Shown piece by piece: positions 9,219 to 18,756 of a stretch of 44,809 bases of DNA. Position numbers and translations under genes: made by a program. The DNA lies in IMG/VR virus record IMGVR_UViG_3300005805_000147, positions 1 through 44,809 of that record. One strand, given 5' to 3'. The notes under the pieces were generated by a model. It saw only the letters and a program-made list of their open reading frames with translations. It was not told the DNA's origin and did not search any database. Numbering within the stretch: position 1 is the first letter of the stretch; each line of letters opens with the position of its first letter. Origin of the DNA: a virus (Duplodnaviria; Caudoviricetes).

Positions 9219-9543
9219 TTTTTCTTCTTTTAACTATTAATCTAATAGTATTAAAAATTCCTAAGAACATAAAGATTTGTACAGGCCAAAATGGAAAATT
9301 TTGTAGTTCATGTAACATCCAAAAGATGTTCATAAAAACCCATGAAAACAATGTTATGTTTCCATCTCTATTTTCTTTTTCTGTTAAAAGAATATAAATT
9401 GTTAAAATTGATGTTGGGATTACCATGAATGTTGCCAACCATGTGAATTTTAAACACCAGAATATATCTTTTAATAACCACGAAGTTATATGTATTTCTT
9501 GAATATTCCTATTTTTTTTAAGAATTTTCATCGATATATTCAT
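9199..9543 (-). CDS. Multi-pass membrane protein
   Basis: Three to four hydrophobic segments; overlaps both neighbours. Confidence 0.65.
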   Translation of the reverse strand: MNISMKILKKNRNIQEIHITSWLLKDIFWCLKFTWLATFMVIPTSILTIYILLTEKENRDGNITLFSWVFMNIFWMLHELQNFPFWPVQIFMFLGIFNTIRLIVKRRKNESNIS

Positions 9544-9943
9544 GTTGTGGGCTCCAAATCCCCTCTGAGATTATTTTAGGTGATTCGTTTCTGTCTATCA
9601 TAACCCATTCATATTTCACAATTCCCCATGGTTCAAACTGTTCTAAAACATCTTCTAATGTGAAACACTTACAACTATAGATATCAAACTGAGCCATGGC
9701 TGGTTCATGGTGGTCCCATATATGAATAGAGGCGTGAGATGTTGCTAATGTAACTGTACCTGTTAATCCTTCATTACCAGGATGGTCAACATAAACACTG
9801 GTTGGTCCAGCAACTACTTCCATTCTAACTTTATGTACTAACTGTACGAACCATTCGTTAAGAACACTAACTCTTGTAGGTGGATTATTAATCCAAATTT
9901 TCATCAAAAGATGTTGATGATAGGGTACAAACTCTTCTTGCAT
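9518..9943 (-). CDS. speD: S-adenosylmethionine decarboxylase proenzyme (short class)
   Basis: GLTGTVTLAT-SH-ASIHIW pyruvoyl cleavage motif; FDIYSCK. Confidence 0.8.
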   Translation of the reverse strand: MQEEFVPYHQHLLMKIWINNPPTRVSVLNEWFVQLVHKVRMEVVAGPTSVYVDHPGNEGLTGTVTLATSHASIHIWDHHEPAMAQFDIYSCKCFTLEDVLEQFEPWGIVKYEWVMIDRNESPKIISEGIWSPQHEYIDENS

Positions 9944-9990
9944 TGTATGTAATTTTACATTACATATATATCACGAAAAATGGTATTATT

Positions 9991-10674
9991 TTAAGATTTA
10001 TTGAATTGCTTAAAATTGTTTATGAAGTCTTTTTCATATCTCTTAAGTTCCTTAGTTTCTAAACCATTATATAAACCGGTAGACATGAATGCTTGAATTT
10101 CATCATCAATTATTTTCTTATCATTGACGTAACCCATTTTAACAATCTTATCTCTCAATTTCTCATAGTGTTTGGGTTTTATATTTGATATTAAACCACT
10201 ACAAACTTTTTTATATTCTTTATTTGTATAATATAAACCGTGAGCAATTTCATGATCCATCGTTGATGATTTAAAACTATCGGCACCAATCAAATACCAT
10301 TTAGTTCTCGGTTTCTCAAATCTAAGTGGATAATTTTCACAATGAAACCATATGTCATTCATAATCTCATCATAGGGACCCCAATCTTTTTTGAATACAC
10401 CCATTCCTTTGTCAACAATGTTAGATGGGATATTAAAACCACTCCAATCTTCGGGGTATGTGAATGTTTTTTTCTTCCAATGATTTTTATAAATCATCAT
10501 GTATTTTTCCCATGTAAAGAACTTTCCTCTAATTTCCTCATATGGTGATTCATAATACTCTTGATATCTACAGAACAACATTGTTCTTTGATAATTGTCC
10601 TTAATTGATACCGCAAATATCTGTGGTCTTATTTGTTTAACTTCTCCAACAACATAATCATTCTTTATTTTCAT
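9991..10674 (-). CDS. Hypothetical protein with HExxH motif
   Basis: HEIAH plus downstream DEIQA; start placed at MKIKND by ATGA overlap. Confidence 0.7.
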   Translation of the reverse strand: MKIKNDYVVGEVKQIRPQIFAVSIKDNYQRTMLFCRYQEYYESPYEEIRGKFFTWEKYMMIYKNHWKKKTFTYPEDWSGFNIPSNIVDKGMGVFKKDWGPYDEIMNDIWFHCENYPLRFEKPRTKWYLIGADSFKSSTMDHEIAHGLYYTNKEYKKVCSGLISNIKPKHYEKLRDKIVKMGYVNDKKIIDDEIQAFMSTGLYNGLETKELKRYEKDFINNFKQFNKS

Positions 10675-11285
10675 AAACAACTTTTTAATATTTCCTGACA
10701 AAGTTCATCAGGTATTTTACTTCTTTCATACGCATTAGATCTTCCCTGTGTACCTGTTCGACTTCCTCTTGGTGCGGCAACATGACATGGATCACCATTC
10801 TTACACATCGGTCTTGGTGTCCAAACATTACTGTTAGTCCATATGTCTGTTGGTTTCATTCTTTCGTCACCATACTGACAATATGTTACAGTGTTTCTTT
10901 TTAATCCTTGAACGACCGGCAACTTACGAAGAACACCTCTCGGGTTTTCCATAAACCAATAAGTTGGTTGGAAGTGATTAATGATTTCCAATGTCTTCTT
11001 AACTAACTCCAGACCTAATCTTGCACCATCAGTCTTAGGAATGTATGCACCTTTACCACCAGTCCAATGATGACCAATAGAGGCAACACTAAAACTTGTA
11101 CAAGGTGGTGATGCCCAAATGATGTCAGGTTGAAAAGGGACTTTGGTTACATCGAAATCAAGAATACTAACCGCATAATCAATTTTTTCAAATTCAATTA
11201 AATCGGAAGAAAAAACATTCATCCCTAATTTTTCCGCTTGTTTACCAATCGACCTACTACCAGCAAATAATTCTAATACATTCAT
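10671..11285 (-). CDS. Short C5-cytosine DNA methyltransferase-like protein
   Basis: LELFAGS, WASPPC, MENP motifs. Confidence 0.8.
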   Translation of the reverse strand: MNVLELFAGSRSIGKQAEKLGMNVFSSDLIEFEKIDYAVSILDFDVTKVPFQPDIIWASPPCTSFSVASIGHHWTGGKGAYIPKTDGARLGLELVKKTLEIINHFQPTYWFMENPRGVLRKLPVVQGLKRNTVTYCQYGDERMKPTDIWTNSNVWTPRPMCKNGDPCHVAAPRGSRTGTQGRSNAYERSKIPDELCQEILKSCL

Positions 11286-11566
11286 TATCTTAAGTGGTCA
11301 AATTTCTTGGCTAATTTATTGATGTATTCCTCTTCTTCAAGAGTTAATAAATCTCTACACTTAGATAGTTTATCTAAACTTGACCAAAATATCTGATCAT
11401 TGACATTTGGTTTACGAACTCCCTTGTTATTAGTTTTAGTTTCTTGGTCTGGTTGAATAAAACCATCTTCGATTAAGATTTCAATTAATCTTTCTCTTTC
11501 TTTGCGACTACATGAATCAACAAATTCACTTGGGTCGATGTCAATCTCTGTTGTAAATTCAGGCAT
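11285..11566 (-). CDS. Hypothetical protein
   Basis: 93 aa; stop/start overlap with the downstream gene. Confidence 0.7.
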   Translation of the reverse strand: MPEFTTEIDIDPSEFVDSCSRKERERLIEILIEDGFIQPDQETKTNNKGVRKPNVNDQIFWSSLDKLSKCRDLLTLEEEEYINKLAKKFDHLR

Positions 11567-11622
11567 AAAAATATCTTTTTGATGTTTATAAAAAGATAAT
11601 AAAAAATTTTGAATAAAAAAAA

Positions 11623-11955
11623 TTACACGGCAAAACTTTCACCACACCCACAGGTTCTGGATGCATTCGGGTTTACCCATTGAAACCCCTTTCCGTTAAG
11701 TCCACTTGAGAATTGTAATTCGGTACCGAATAAATAGAGAACCGATTTCTTATCTATGACAACTTTCAATTCGTCATCAACTTCGACAACTTCATCCATT
11801 TCAGTTTTGTTGTCATCAAAATCCATTACATAGGATAAACCACTACATCCACCACCTTTGACACCAACTCTTAAAAAATGAGTTTGTGTGTTAATCCCTT
11901 CTTCTTTAATTAAATCTTTTAAATGTTTTAATGCGTCTTCATTAATGGTAATCAT
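11623..11955 (-). CDS. iscA: A-type Fe-S cluster carrier (HesB/IscA family)
   Basis: LRVGVKGGGCSG and NPNA..TCGCGESF. Confidence 0.93.
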   Translation of the reverse strand: MITINEDALKHLKDLIKEEGINTQTHFLRVGVKGGGCSGLSYVMDFDDNKTEMDEVVEVDDELKVVIDKKSVLYLFGTELQFSSGLNGKGFQWVNPNASRTCGCGESFAV

Positions 11956-12137
11956 TTCAAATCCACTTTATTTAAAAGTGAGTCTAGACTCTTATTATCT
12001 GCTTTAATTTCTTTTACAAAATTTACTTCTTTTCTCAAACGAGCTAATTCCTTTTGTTGGAAATAACAAATGAGTAATAAAACAACCGCACCACCCATAG
12101 TGATGTTCTTCTGATTTTTTTTGAAAAATTCTATCAT
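11952..12137 (-). CDS. Small membrane-anchored coiled-coil protein
   Basis: TM helix; TATTTAT motif directly upstream. Confidence 0.65.
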   Translation of the reverse strand: MIEFFKKNQKNITMGGAVVLLLICYFQQKELARLRKEVNFVKEIKADNKSLDSLLNKVDLK

Positions 12138-12150
12138 AACTATAAATATT

Positions 12151-12396
12151 TTAATCTAACAATTGGTCTGTGTTTATATCGTGTTCATCTAAAATCTCAT
12201 AGATTTTATCAAAAACCATATCGAGTACTTCGTATTTATCCAAATCTTTACCATCTAAAGACCATTCTAAACCTTTTCTCGTGTTGTGAGTTATACTCCA
12301 TAACGCACTGGCCATATCGAGAGATTTGACCACTCTAAAGTGTGCCTTTCTTTCATCATGGTCATTTAAATCGAATTCTATAGTTGCTTTAGGCAT
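12151..12396 (-). CDS. Hypothetical protein
   Basis: Start placed at MPKATIEFDL, 4 nt after the upstream stop. Confidence 0.7.
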   Translation of the reverse strand: MPKATIEFDLNDHDERKAHFRVVKSLDMASALWSITHNTRKGLEWSLDGKDLDKYEVLDMVFDKIYEILDEHDINTDQLLD

Positions 12397-12400
12397 AAAA

Positions 12401-12610
12401 TCAATATTTACTTCTTCCTCTACCCAATTTTTCCAAATCGGATAAAGAACCACCAGATTTTGTTTTCTTTTTAAACAAATCTGACAATTTTCTGGTTGGT
12501 CTTTTTGTTATTAATCTACCATCATCGGTTTCTTCCATCAAAGGTGCACGCCAAATTTCATACGCCATCCAAATAGATGTAAGAATGAGTAAAAGTCCCA
12601 TGTATTTCAT
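12401..12610 (-). CDS. Small single-TM protein
   Basis: N-terminal hydrophobic helix, basic tail. Confidence 0.65.
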   Translation of the reverse strand: MKYMGLLLILTSIWMAYEIWRAPLMEETDDGRLITKRPTRKLSDLFKKKTKSGGSLSDLEKLGRGRSKY

Positions 12611-12620
12611 ATTAGTGGTT

Positions 12621-12950
12621 TTATTTCATTTGCATAAAATATTTTGTCTTCCAAAACTGCCACCATTTCCTCTTCACAATTGGTTTACATTCAGAGAATG
12701 GATTATTTCCAAATGTGACACTGTTCAAATATTTTGATGTTAAAACATTTAAAAATACCTCATGATACTTTTGTGGTATCTCATCAAAATCTGCAGTAAT
12801 CTTAACGTTTAAAAACTGTGGTCCATCTTCGGTATGAACAACAAATTGTTCGGACATCGAAATGATGGTGCTTGCTTTTATATTAACATAATTTGATGAT
12901 CCTAAATTTAAATCACCATTAATATGTTGTTTGTATTCTTCATCTGACAT
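12621..12950 (-). CDS. Hypothetical protein
   Basis: 109 aa; C-terminal KRKWWQFWK motif. Confidence 0.7.
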   Translation of the reverse strand: MSDEEYKQHINGDLNLGSSNYVNIKASTIISMSEQFVVHTEDGPQFLNVKITADFDEIPQKYHEVFLNVLTSKYLNSVTFGNNPFSECKPIVKRKWWQFWKTKYFMQMK

Positions 12951-12958
12951 ATTAAAAA

Positions 12959-13249
12959 TTATTCAACTTGTAAATTTATTGAGTCGGCCAATGGTTTATT
13001 AACTTCTTCTAATATTCCCCACATTACTTCATAAGAACCTATTTGGATTTCCTTTACAAACATTTCACTTTGTAAACTATCTATTCTCGCTTGTAGTTCT
13101 GCCTTTTGAATATCTCCTCCAGGTAAAAAACCATTATCGGTTTGACATTTCACTAATTCATCTTTTAATTTTAGATAGTTTACCAAAAGTGCTAAAAACG
13201 CAATCGTAACGACCACTAAATAAAATCTTATCTGTGTTATGATTTTCAT
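12959..13249 (-). CDS. Membrane-anchored coiled-coil protein
   Basis: N-terminal TM helix followed by a heptad region. Confidence 0.7.
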   Translation of the reverse strand: MKIITQIRFYLVVVTIAFLALLVNYLKLKDELVKCQTDNGFLPGGDIQKAELQARIDSLQSEMFVKEIQIGSYEVMWGILEEVNKPLADSINLQVE

Positions 13250-13512
13250 AAATTTTGTATTTCAATTAATAATTCAGATACCTCTTCTTCGGTAAGATAA
13301 CCTCTAACATCCCCGTGTGCAACAGGATTATCATAATGAATCTCATCTTGAAATAATACTGCTAATTCATATAGACCATCTTTTCCCCCATAGGACATCG
13401 TGTGACTAACAATAGAAGCACCAAATCCATTTTCAAAATGAATTCTGGTTTTCTTTCCTGACATCAATGGTGAAACTAGTTCTTCGAATACTAAGTCTTT
13501 GAATGTAATCAT
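13246..13512 (-). CDS. Conserved phage hypothetical protein
   Basis: FENGFGASIV...SYGG..GLYELAVL motif. Confidence 0.75.
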   Translation of the reverse strand: MITFKDLVFEELVSPLMSGKKTRIHFENGFGASIVSHTMSYGGKDGLYELAVLFQDEIHYDNPVAHGDVRGYLTEEEVSELLIEIQNL

Positions 13513-13522
13513 TTTGATGTTT

Positions 13523-13684
13523 TTAAAGTTCTTCGATTATTCCTAATATTTCAGCAAGTCCTAAAAGGATAGCACTGTTGCCGAATTGCTCATTAAATAG
13601 AAAATAACAAGCCCCAATTCTTAAAACACTTTTGAATAAACTTACCCAAAAATGTCTACTTGATTTTGATTCTTTTGGTTGCAT
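13523..13684 (-). CDS. Unannotated 53-aa membrane peptide (MQPKESKS...AEILGIIEEL)
   Basis: ATG to TAA frame filling the gap; two hydrophobic segments. Confidence 0.7.
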   Translation of the reverse strand: MQPKESKSSRHFWVSLFKSVLRIGACYFLFNEQFGNSAILLGLAEILGIIEEL

Positions 13685-13704
13685 AATAATTAATATAACT
13701 AAAA

Positions 13705-14685
13705 TTATTTAAATTTCAAACTTCTCTGATTCTTTTTATAAGCCTCAAAAAATACACTGGTTAATGGTACACACCATCCGTTACCAATCATTTTAATTCT
13801 TGCGGTTTTAGAGACCCCCTCAACATTGGTGTATCCTTCTTCTAAACCTTGAAGTATTTCCGCCTGTTCAACTGTTAGTGTTTTGACTTTACCTTTTTTA
13901 TCTTTGTAATGTCCGGTACCATAGAATTGACCAGTTTTCTTACTACAAGATCCTAATGTTGTAACCAAACAGTTTGATTTGAAATCATCCCTTTCGGTCT
14001 TAGGATAAGAATAGTAATCATTACCATCTAATTTTCTACCTCTGAATCCAACACCCGTAACTGCATCCTCAATAACATCACCCAACCTAATATTCATATC
14101 TTTGGGGATGGATACATTCTCAATATTAGTCCAAAATAGTCTAATTCTACTTTGTGCACTTACGAGGGCGGCATCTAAAACAATCGGTCTAACACCAACC
14201 GCATCACTTATAATGTTCTGCCATTTTTGTTCCATCTCCACATTTTCTAAAATGAATTTTGCTTCAGGTAAACCAAGTTTTCTTTGAAGTGCTGTAATCT
14301 CTTTATAGAGTCTAACGAATTCCCAAAAGAGATATGACTCACCTTCAAATTGGAAACCGTCTTTTTTAAGTTTCAAATATTGTTTCAAAGTATAGATTTC
14401 AACATTAGTAGTTGTAACCATACCTTTTCTTTTTCCTGCAAATGAAAAACATTGACAAGGAGAACCGGCACAAATTAATGTGACATAAATAAAATCTTTG
14501 GCCTTTAGATTTCTAACATCCCCAACAAAGATTGATTTTGGAAAATGTTTTTTGAGGACTTTAAGAGCTGAAGGGTTGATTTCACTGATGTAGCTCTTTT
14601 CTACTTTAATTTTAGCAAATCTTGCTGAGAGTTCCGCACCGCCGAAGCCTGCGAATAGGTCGAGAATAACGAATCCTTTTTTCAT
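13705..14685 (-). CDS. C5-cytosine DNA methyltransferase
   Basis: LDLFAGFGG, GDV, AGSPCQ, LENV, QSRIRLFW, IGNGW. Confidence 0.92.
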   Translation of the reverse strand: MKKGFVILDLFAGFGGAELSARFAKIKVEKSYISEINPSALKVLKKHFPKSIFVGDVRNLKAKDFIYVTLICAGSPCQCFSFAGKRKGMVTTTNVEIYTLKQYLKLKKDGFQFEGESYLFWEFVRLYKEITALQRKLGLPEAKFILENVEMEQKWQNIISDAVGVRPIVLDAALVSAQSRIRLFWTNIENVSIPKDMNIRLGDVIEDAVTGVGFRGRKLDGNDYYSYPKTERDDFKSNCLVTTLGSCSKKTGQFYGTGHYKDKKGKVKTLTVEQAEILQGLEEGYTNVEGVSKTARIKMIGNGWCVPLTSVFFEAYKKNQRSLKFK

Positions 14686-14711
14686 TTTTAGTAAGTTTTG
14701 TTTTGTTAGAA

Positions 14712-14741
14712 CAAATTTACTAGTTTTTTTTAAAATACAAA
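14712..14741 (-). promoter_or_regulatory. Bacteroidota-type promoter
   Basis: TTTG-N18-TAAATTTG upstream of the methyltransferase. Confidence 0.65.
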
Positions 14742-14773
14742 AAAAATTTGAAAAAAGTTTATTTAATTGATTA

Positions 14774-16168
14774 TCAATTAGTTATGAAATCATACTTCTC
14801 TTTAAACCACTTTAGTTCATTGAAGTGTTTGAACTTATCATTCAATAAATCAATAAAAGGTAAGAATATACTAGGAATTGGTGTATTTGATTTACCATAT
14901 GACTGAACTAGCTGTCCTTTTCTGTACTGTAGGTTGATGTGTTTGTTTTTTATTGACCCTCTTAAATAAACATAAAGAAGACCATTCGTGAATTGTTTTG
15001 ACATGCAGTTTTTCATGTGATATCCTTCATAGATATAATCTTCTTCACTCAACAATACTCTCACTTTAAAAATTTCTTCACCAATCACAATATCTTTTTG
15101 AATTTCATTTAAGAACTCTTGCGGAAAAACATATTTCAATTTGAAACCTCTCTGATAATACTGCTTCAAGTTGGTCAATTTTTCAATCATATTGTTGTAT
15201 TGATTATCGTTCTTTGGTGTTAAACTTATTACAACCCCAATTGATTCTAAATCCCTCCTCAATTTCAATAACTTGTTGATGCAAATAAAAACGTTATCAA
15301 GATTCGTGGATGTTTTATTCCAATTATTAATCATTTTAATGAAACTATTCTTTTCAACATCATTCCTTAAGGTCTCACATTTTAATTTTAGTTTCATTGT
15401 ATCAATACAATGTGTTTTCCAATTTATCTTTTTAAGATAATCTAAATGGTTATCACCAAAAAGTTTACACAAATAATTTAACGATACAATATTGATTGGT
15501 AGTTCTGAAGAATTTAATTCCTTAACCAAAAACTTGGATTTTATTTTTAACCAATCCAATACTGCCGGTAAGAATTTGTTATCGTTTAGTTTCAAATATT
15601 TTTTTGGTGGATAAAGATCCATAATGTCAAAATAAACATTATCGTGTCCCTTTATATTTTTTTGGTTTAAATGATAATCCACCAACAAGTCATATAACTC
15701 ATTCACCGTTGGTTTTTCTTTATATGATTTGTTTACATAAAACTCAGACGTTAGTCTCGGTTTTAATTTATTTGTTATGATTAAACAAATTTCATTAATT
15801 GCTCTTTCATATTTTACACCCCAATAATGTAGTCTCTTTTCACCCCTATAGAAACCATTATCAATCAAATCATTCAACATACTGAAATCGTTTCTTTTCA
15901 TTTTGTATGAATTCTTGTATATGTTTTCTTCGGTCAGATTCTCATTGGTTATTTTATAAGTTATATCAAAGTCTCCGGTTATTAATGATAAAGAAAAACT
16001 ATGTTCAAACGTGATGTGTTTTCTTGTACCATATCTAGCATAATCTAAATCAAACACGCCTGAATAGGTTATTGATTGTTCATCCCCGAAAACTTTTAAA
16101 TCACAATTCGAAACCGCAGGACTTTTTCTATCCTTTTTGTTTTGTGTATGTACAAATAATAAATCCAC
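14774..16168 (-). CDS. PcfJ-like domain protein
   Basis: C-terminal EEDYIYEGYHMKNCM...QSYGKSN; GTG start; similar to 16215..18086. Confidence 0.7.
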   Translation of the reverse strand: MDLLFVHTQNKKDRKSPAVSNCDLKVFGDEQSITYSGVFDLDYARYGTRKHITFEHSFSLSLITGDFDITYKITNENLTEENIYKNSYKMKRNDFSMLNDLIDNGFYRGEKRLHYWGVKYERAINEICLIITNKLKPRLTSEFYVNKSYKEKPTVNELYDLLVDYHLNQKNIKGHDNVYFDIMDLYPPKKYLKLNDNKFLPAVLDWLKIKSKFLVKELNSSELPINIVSLNYLCKLFGDNHLDYLKKINWKTHCIDTMKLKLKCETLRNDVEKNSFIKMINNWNKTSTNLDNVFICINKLLKLRRDLESIGVVISLTPKNDNQYNNMIEKLTNLKQYYQRGFKLKYVFPQEFLNEIQKDIVIGEEIFKVRVLLSEEDYIYEGYHMKNCMSKQFTNGLLYVYLRGSIKNKHINLQYRKGQLVQSYGKSNTPIPSIFLPFIDLLNDKFKHFNELKWFKEKYDFITN

Positions 16169-16188
16169 ATATAAAATATATGTGGATT
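16162..16188. promoter_or_regulatory. 12-bp hairpin between the PcfJ-like genes (terminator or translational control)
   Basis: aatccacatata-aaa-tatatgtggatt; the stem includes the GTG start at 16166-16168. Confidence 0.6.
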
Positions 16189-16214
16189 ATTTTTTAAAGT
16201 GTATGGTATTTTAA

Positions 16215-18086
16215 TTAAAAGAAATCTACGAAGTCAACACCGAATAATCTGGTTGGTTCTTCTTTCTTTACCTCAACCCCGTTAATTTTTAATGGAACTT
16301 TTATTTTTTCCGCAGCATGTAGTAAACCAAGTCTTGCGTATTTTTTTACTTTTCTTGATAGGTCGTTGATAATCACATGTTCGATATCCGCCGGTGGTTG
16401 TCTATTACAAAAATGTCTTGCTTGAATTAACATTCCGTCTTGACAATTAAATTCACATGTTACCCTATCTTGTTCATCATGTGTCCTGACAGAAATTATA
16501 ATTGATTTTTCTTTATCCGCATATGTTGCAACACAATGATGCATAAATGAACCCTCCTCAATATATTCTTCTTCCCTTTTTAAAATCACCGGGTAAAATG
16601 AAATACCCATATCTTCAGCAAGAGCGGGTTCCGCTTCGGTACCCAAATTTATTTTTAATGGTATAGGTTTTTCAACATCCTCAACCATTTTTTCATTAAA
16701 CTTATACTCAATCACCCAACCTTTTTTAATTGCTGTAACCATTTTGGATAATTCACGATGTTCGTCATGAAACTCTTTTAATGTTCTGGCTTTCATATAC
16801 AAATCAGAATCATAATCTCTGATTTTTTCTATCATATTAAAATGATCTTCCAAAAGTTGGATGAACCTTTCACCGATGATACTTTCACTTGGTCTATCTT
16901 GTGGTGAATTAATTATTCTTATTAAATTTTCCTTTTCTTTATCAAATAATAAATAAGTTTTTAATTTTAAATTAAGAATGGTTGATTTAGTGTGAGCAGC
17001 ATCAAAATTATTTTGTTTCCTAACAGAATTTTCAAAAACATATGGATTAATGTTCCCAAGATATTTTGAAAAATCATTACCAAAGAATCTACAAACTTTA
17101 TAAAAACCAATAATATCTATGTTTGGGTATTCATGAAGAATTTTAATCGTTGATTTGGATTTAATTCCTAACATATCAAGGATAGATGATATTAGTTTTC
17201 TATCGTTCTTTTTCAAAAACTTTTCTGTTGGATAAAATTTACTTATCCAGAATTCAAAATCACCATTAGGAATCTTTATGTTTTTTAATTTTATGAAAAC
17301 CGTACATAAATCAGTTTTAAATTGTAATGGTTTTGATGAATATGATATACAACCCATCTCAATTCCTAAAGACTCTTGTACTGCTGCGGTGAATTTTAAA
17401 TTGTCAAAAATGCTTTCAATATTCTTTTTGATTTTACTATTTGAACCGAAAAAACCATGGATATTGAAAATTGATTTTCCCATTAAACATCTTTCAATTT
17501 CAAAAAAACTATTCGTTTTGAAATTCTTACTAATCGTTTTACCTCTTTTTGTAATTGTGGCGGTTGTTATATTACCGGTTTTTAAATTTACAGTAATTGA
17601 ATGTACCTCATACCATTTTTTAAAATAGATGCAGTTCACCCCTCTTGATTTGGTGGTGTTAAAAATTTTAAGAGTTATCTTATCCCCATTTCTTCTTATT
17701 GACCTTTCAATGGTGCTCACCATAATGGAGGAAAATGGTCTTCCGTAATGTCTTTTTATCTGTCTATCAGAAATGGTATCGTAGGTATTATCTTCTTTGT
17801 TTTTAAGAAGATACTCCAAAGTAAATCTTTCTTCTACATTATCATTATTTGTGAAATAATGTAACTTTTTTTTCTTTTTGATCGGAAATGAAAATATCCT
17901 ACCGATCTTTTCTCTCGGTTCAACATGAAACTGTCTTATTTTAAAAATATCACTATCATCGTCATCTAAGTAATCTAATTTATCACTTAGTAAGTTTACA
18001 TATTTCTTTTTTTCGGGTATGAGACAATAGTCTTTGAAGGGAGTTATTGTGGCATACGTTATTTTCTGAACGAGTATGTCTTCCAT
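16215..18086 (-). CDS. PcfJ-like domain protein
   Basis: HDEH; EEEYIEEGSFMHHCVATY; IISVR...RVTCE...QARHFCN. Confidence 0.8.
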   Translation of the reverse strand: MEDILVQKITYATITPFKDYCLIPEKKKYVNLLSDKLDYLDDDDSDIFKIRQFHVEPREKIGRIFSFPIKKKKKLHYFTNNDNVEERFTLEYLLKNKEDNTYDTISDRQIKRHYGRPFSSIMVSTIERSIRRNGDKITLKIFNTTKSRGVNCIYFKKWYEVHSITVNLKTGNITTATITKRGKTISKNFKTNSFFEIERCLMGKSIFNIHGFFGSNSKIKKNIESIFDNLKFTAAVQESLGIEMGCISYSSKPLQFKTDLCTVFIKLKNIKIPNGDFEFWISKFYPTEKFLKKNDRKLISSILDMLGIKSKSTIKILHEYPNIDIIGFYKVCRFFGNDFSKYLGNINPYVFENSVRKQNNFDAAHTKSTILNLKLKTYLLFDKEKENLIRIINSPQDRPSESIIGERFIQLLEDHFNMIEKIRDYDSDLYMKARTLKEFHDEHRELSKMVTAIKKGWVIEYKFNEKMVEDVEKPIPLKINLGTEAEPALAEDMGISFYPVILKREEEYIEEGSFMHHCVATYADKEKSIIISVRTHDEQDRVTCEFNCQDGMLIQARHFCNRQPPADIEHVIINDLSRKVKKYARLGLLHAAEKIKVPLKINGVEVKKEEPTRLFGVDFVDFF

Positions 18087-18157
18087 CTTTGTAAGTTTTG
18101 TTATCCAAAAATAAAGAAAAAACTTATTATATATCTATTTATATAAAAAAATATTTT

Positions 18158-18292
18158 ATGGCTAAAGGTAAAAGTGTTGGTGAATCAAGAAAAATCACCT
18201 TCGGTAAAAAAAGTGGTAAAGGTAAAGCAAGAAAATCTTTCGGACCTAAAGACCAAAAACCAAAAAAATACAGAGGTCAGGGTAGATCCTAA
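18158..18292 (+). CDS. 44-aa highly basic peptide ending KKYRGQGRS
   Basis: ATG at 18158 preceded by TATTTAT; Lys/Arg/Gly rich. Confidence 0.75.
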   Translation: MAKGKSVGESRKITFGKKSGKGKARKSFGPKDQKPKKYRGQGRS

Positions 18293-18756
18293 TTAGTTAA
18301 TCTACCCGCACCTTTGTAGGAACTGAGATATTTCGGTTCTTTTATTGAACTAATCTTAACCCCTTCAAATCTGTTTGCTGCGTGTACAAAATAGGAATTA
18401 CCTATATAACAACCGCAGTGCCAACCAGATGGAGACTGTCTACTTCTAAAGAATAATAAGTCTCCGACTTGTAAACTATCCCTTTTAATTCGTTGTGTTT
18501 GATTCCATTGTTTATAACAAACATTCTCTAATGTTAACTTATAAACATCTAAGTACAATCTCTTATTGAACTGTGAACAATCAATACCCTTTTCGGTTCG
18601 TCCACCTAATTTGTACGGTTTACCTAACCATTTAATAATAAATTGGTTTAAAACACTATCCTCCACAAATATACCATCGTCAAAATCTTCGGTTGGTTTT
18701 TGTGCGTATGTTGATAATGAGAACATCATCAAAAAAATCAAATAATACTTTTTCAT
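18289..18756 (-). CDS. Secreted NlpC/P60 family peptidase
   Basis: Signal peptide (..STYA/Q); GKPYKLGG, GIDCS, GDLLFF, HCG, FVHA. Confidence 0.9.
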   Translation of the reverse strand: MKKYYLIFLMMFSLSTYAQKPTEDFDDGIFVEDSVLNQFIIKWLGKPYKLGGRTEKGIDCSQFNKRLYLDVYKLTLENVCYKQWNQTQRIKRDSLQVGDLLFFRSRQSPSGWHCGCYIGNSYFVHAANRFEGVKISSIKEPKYLSSYKGAGRLTN

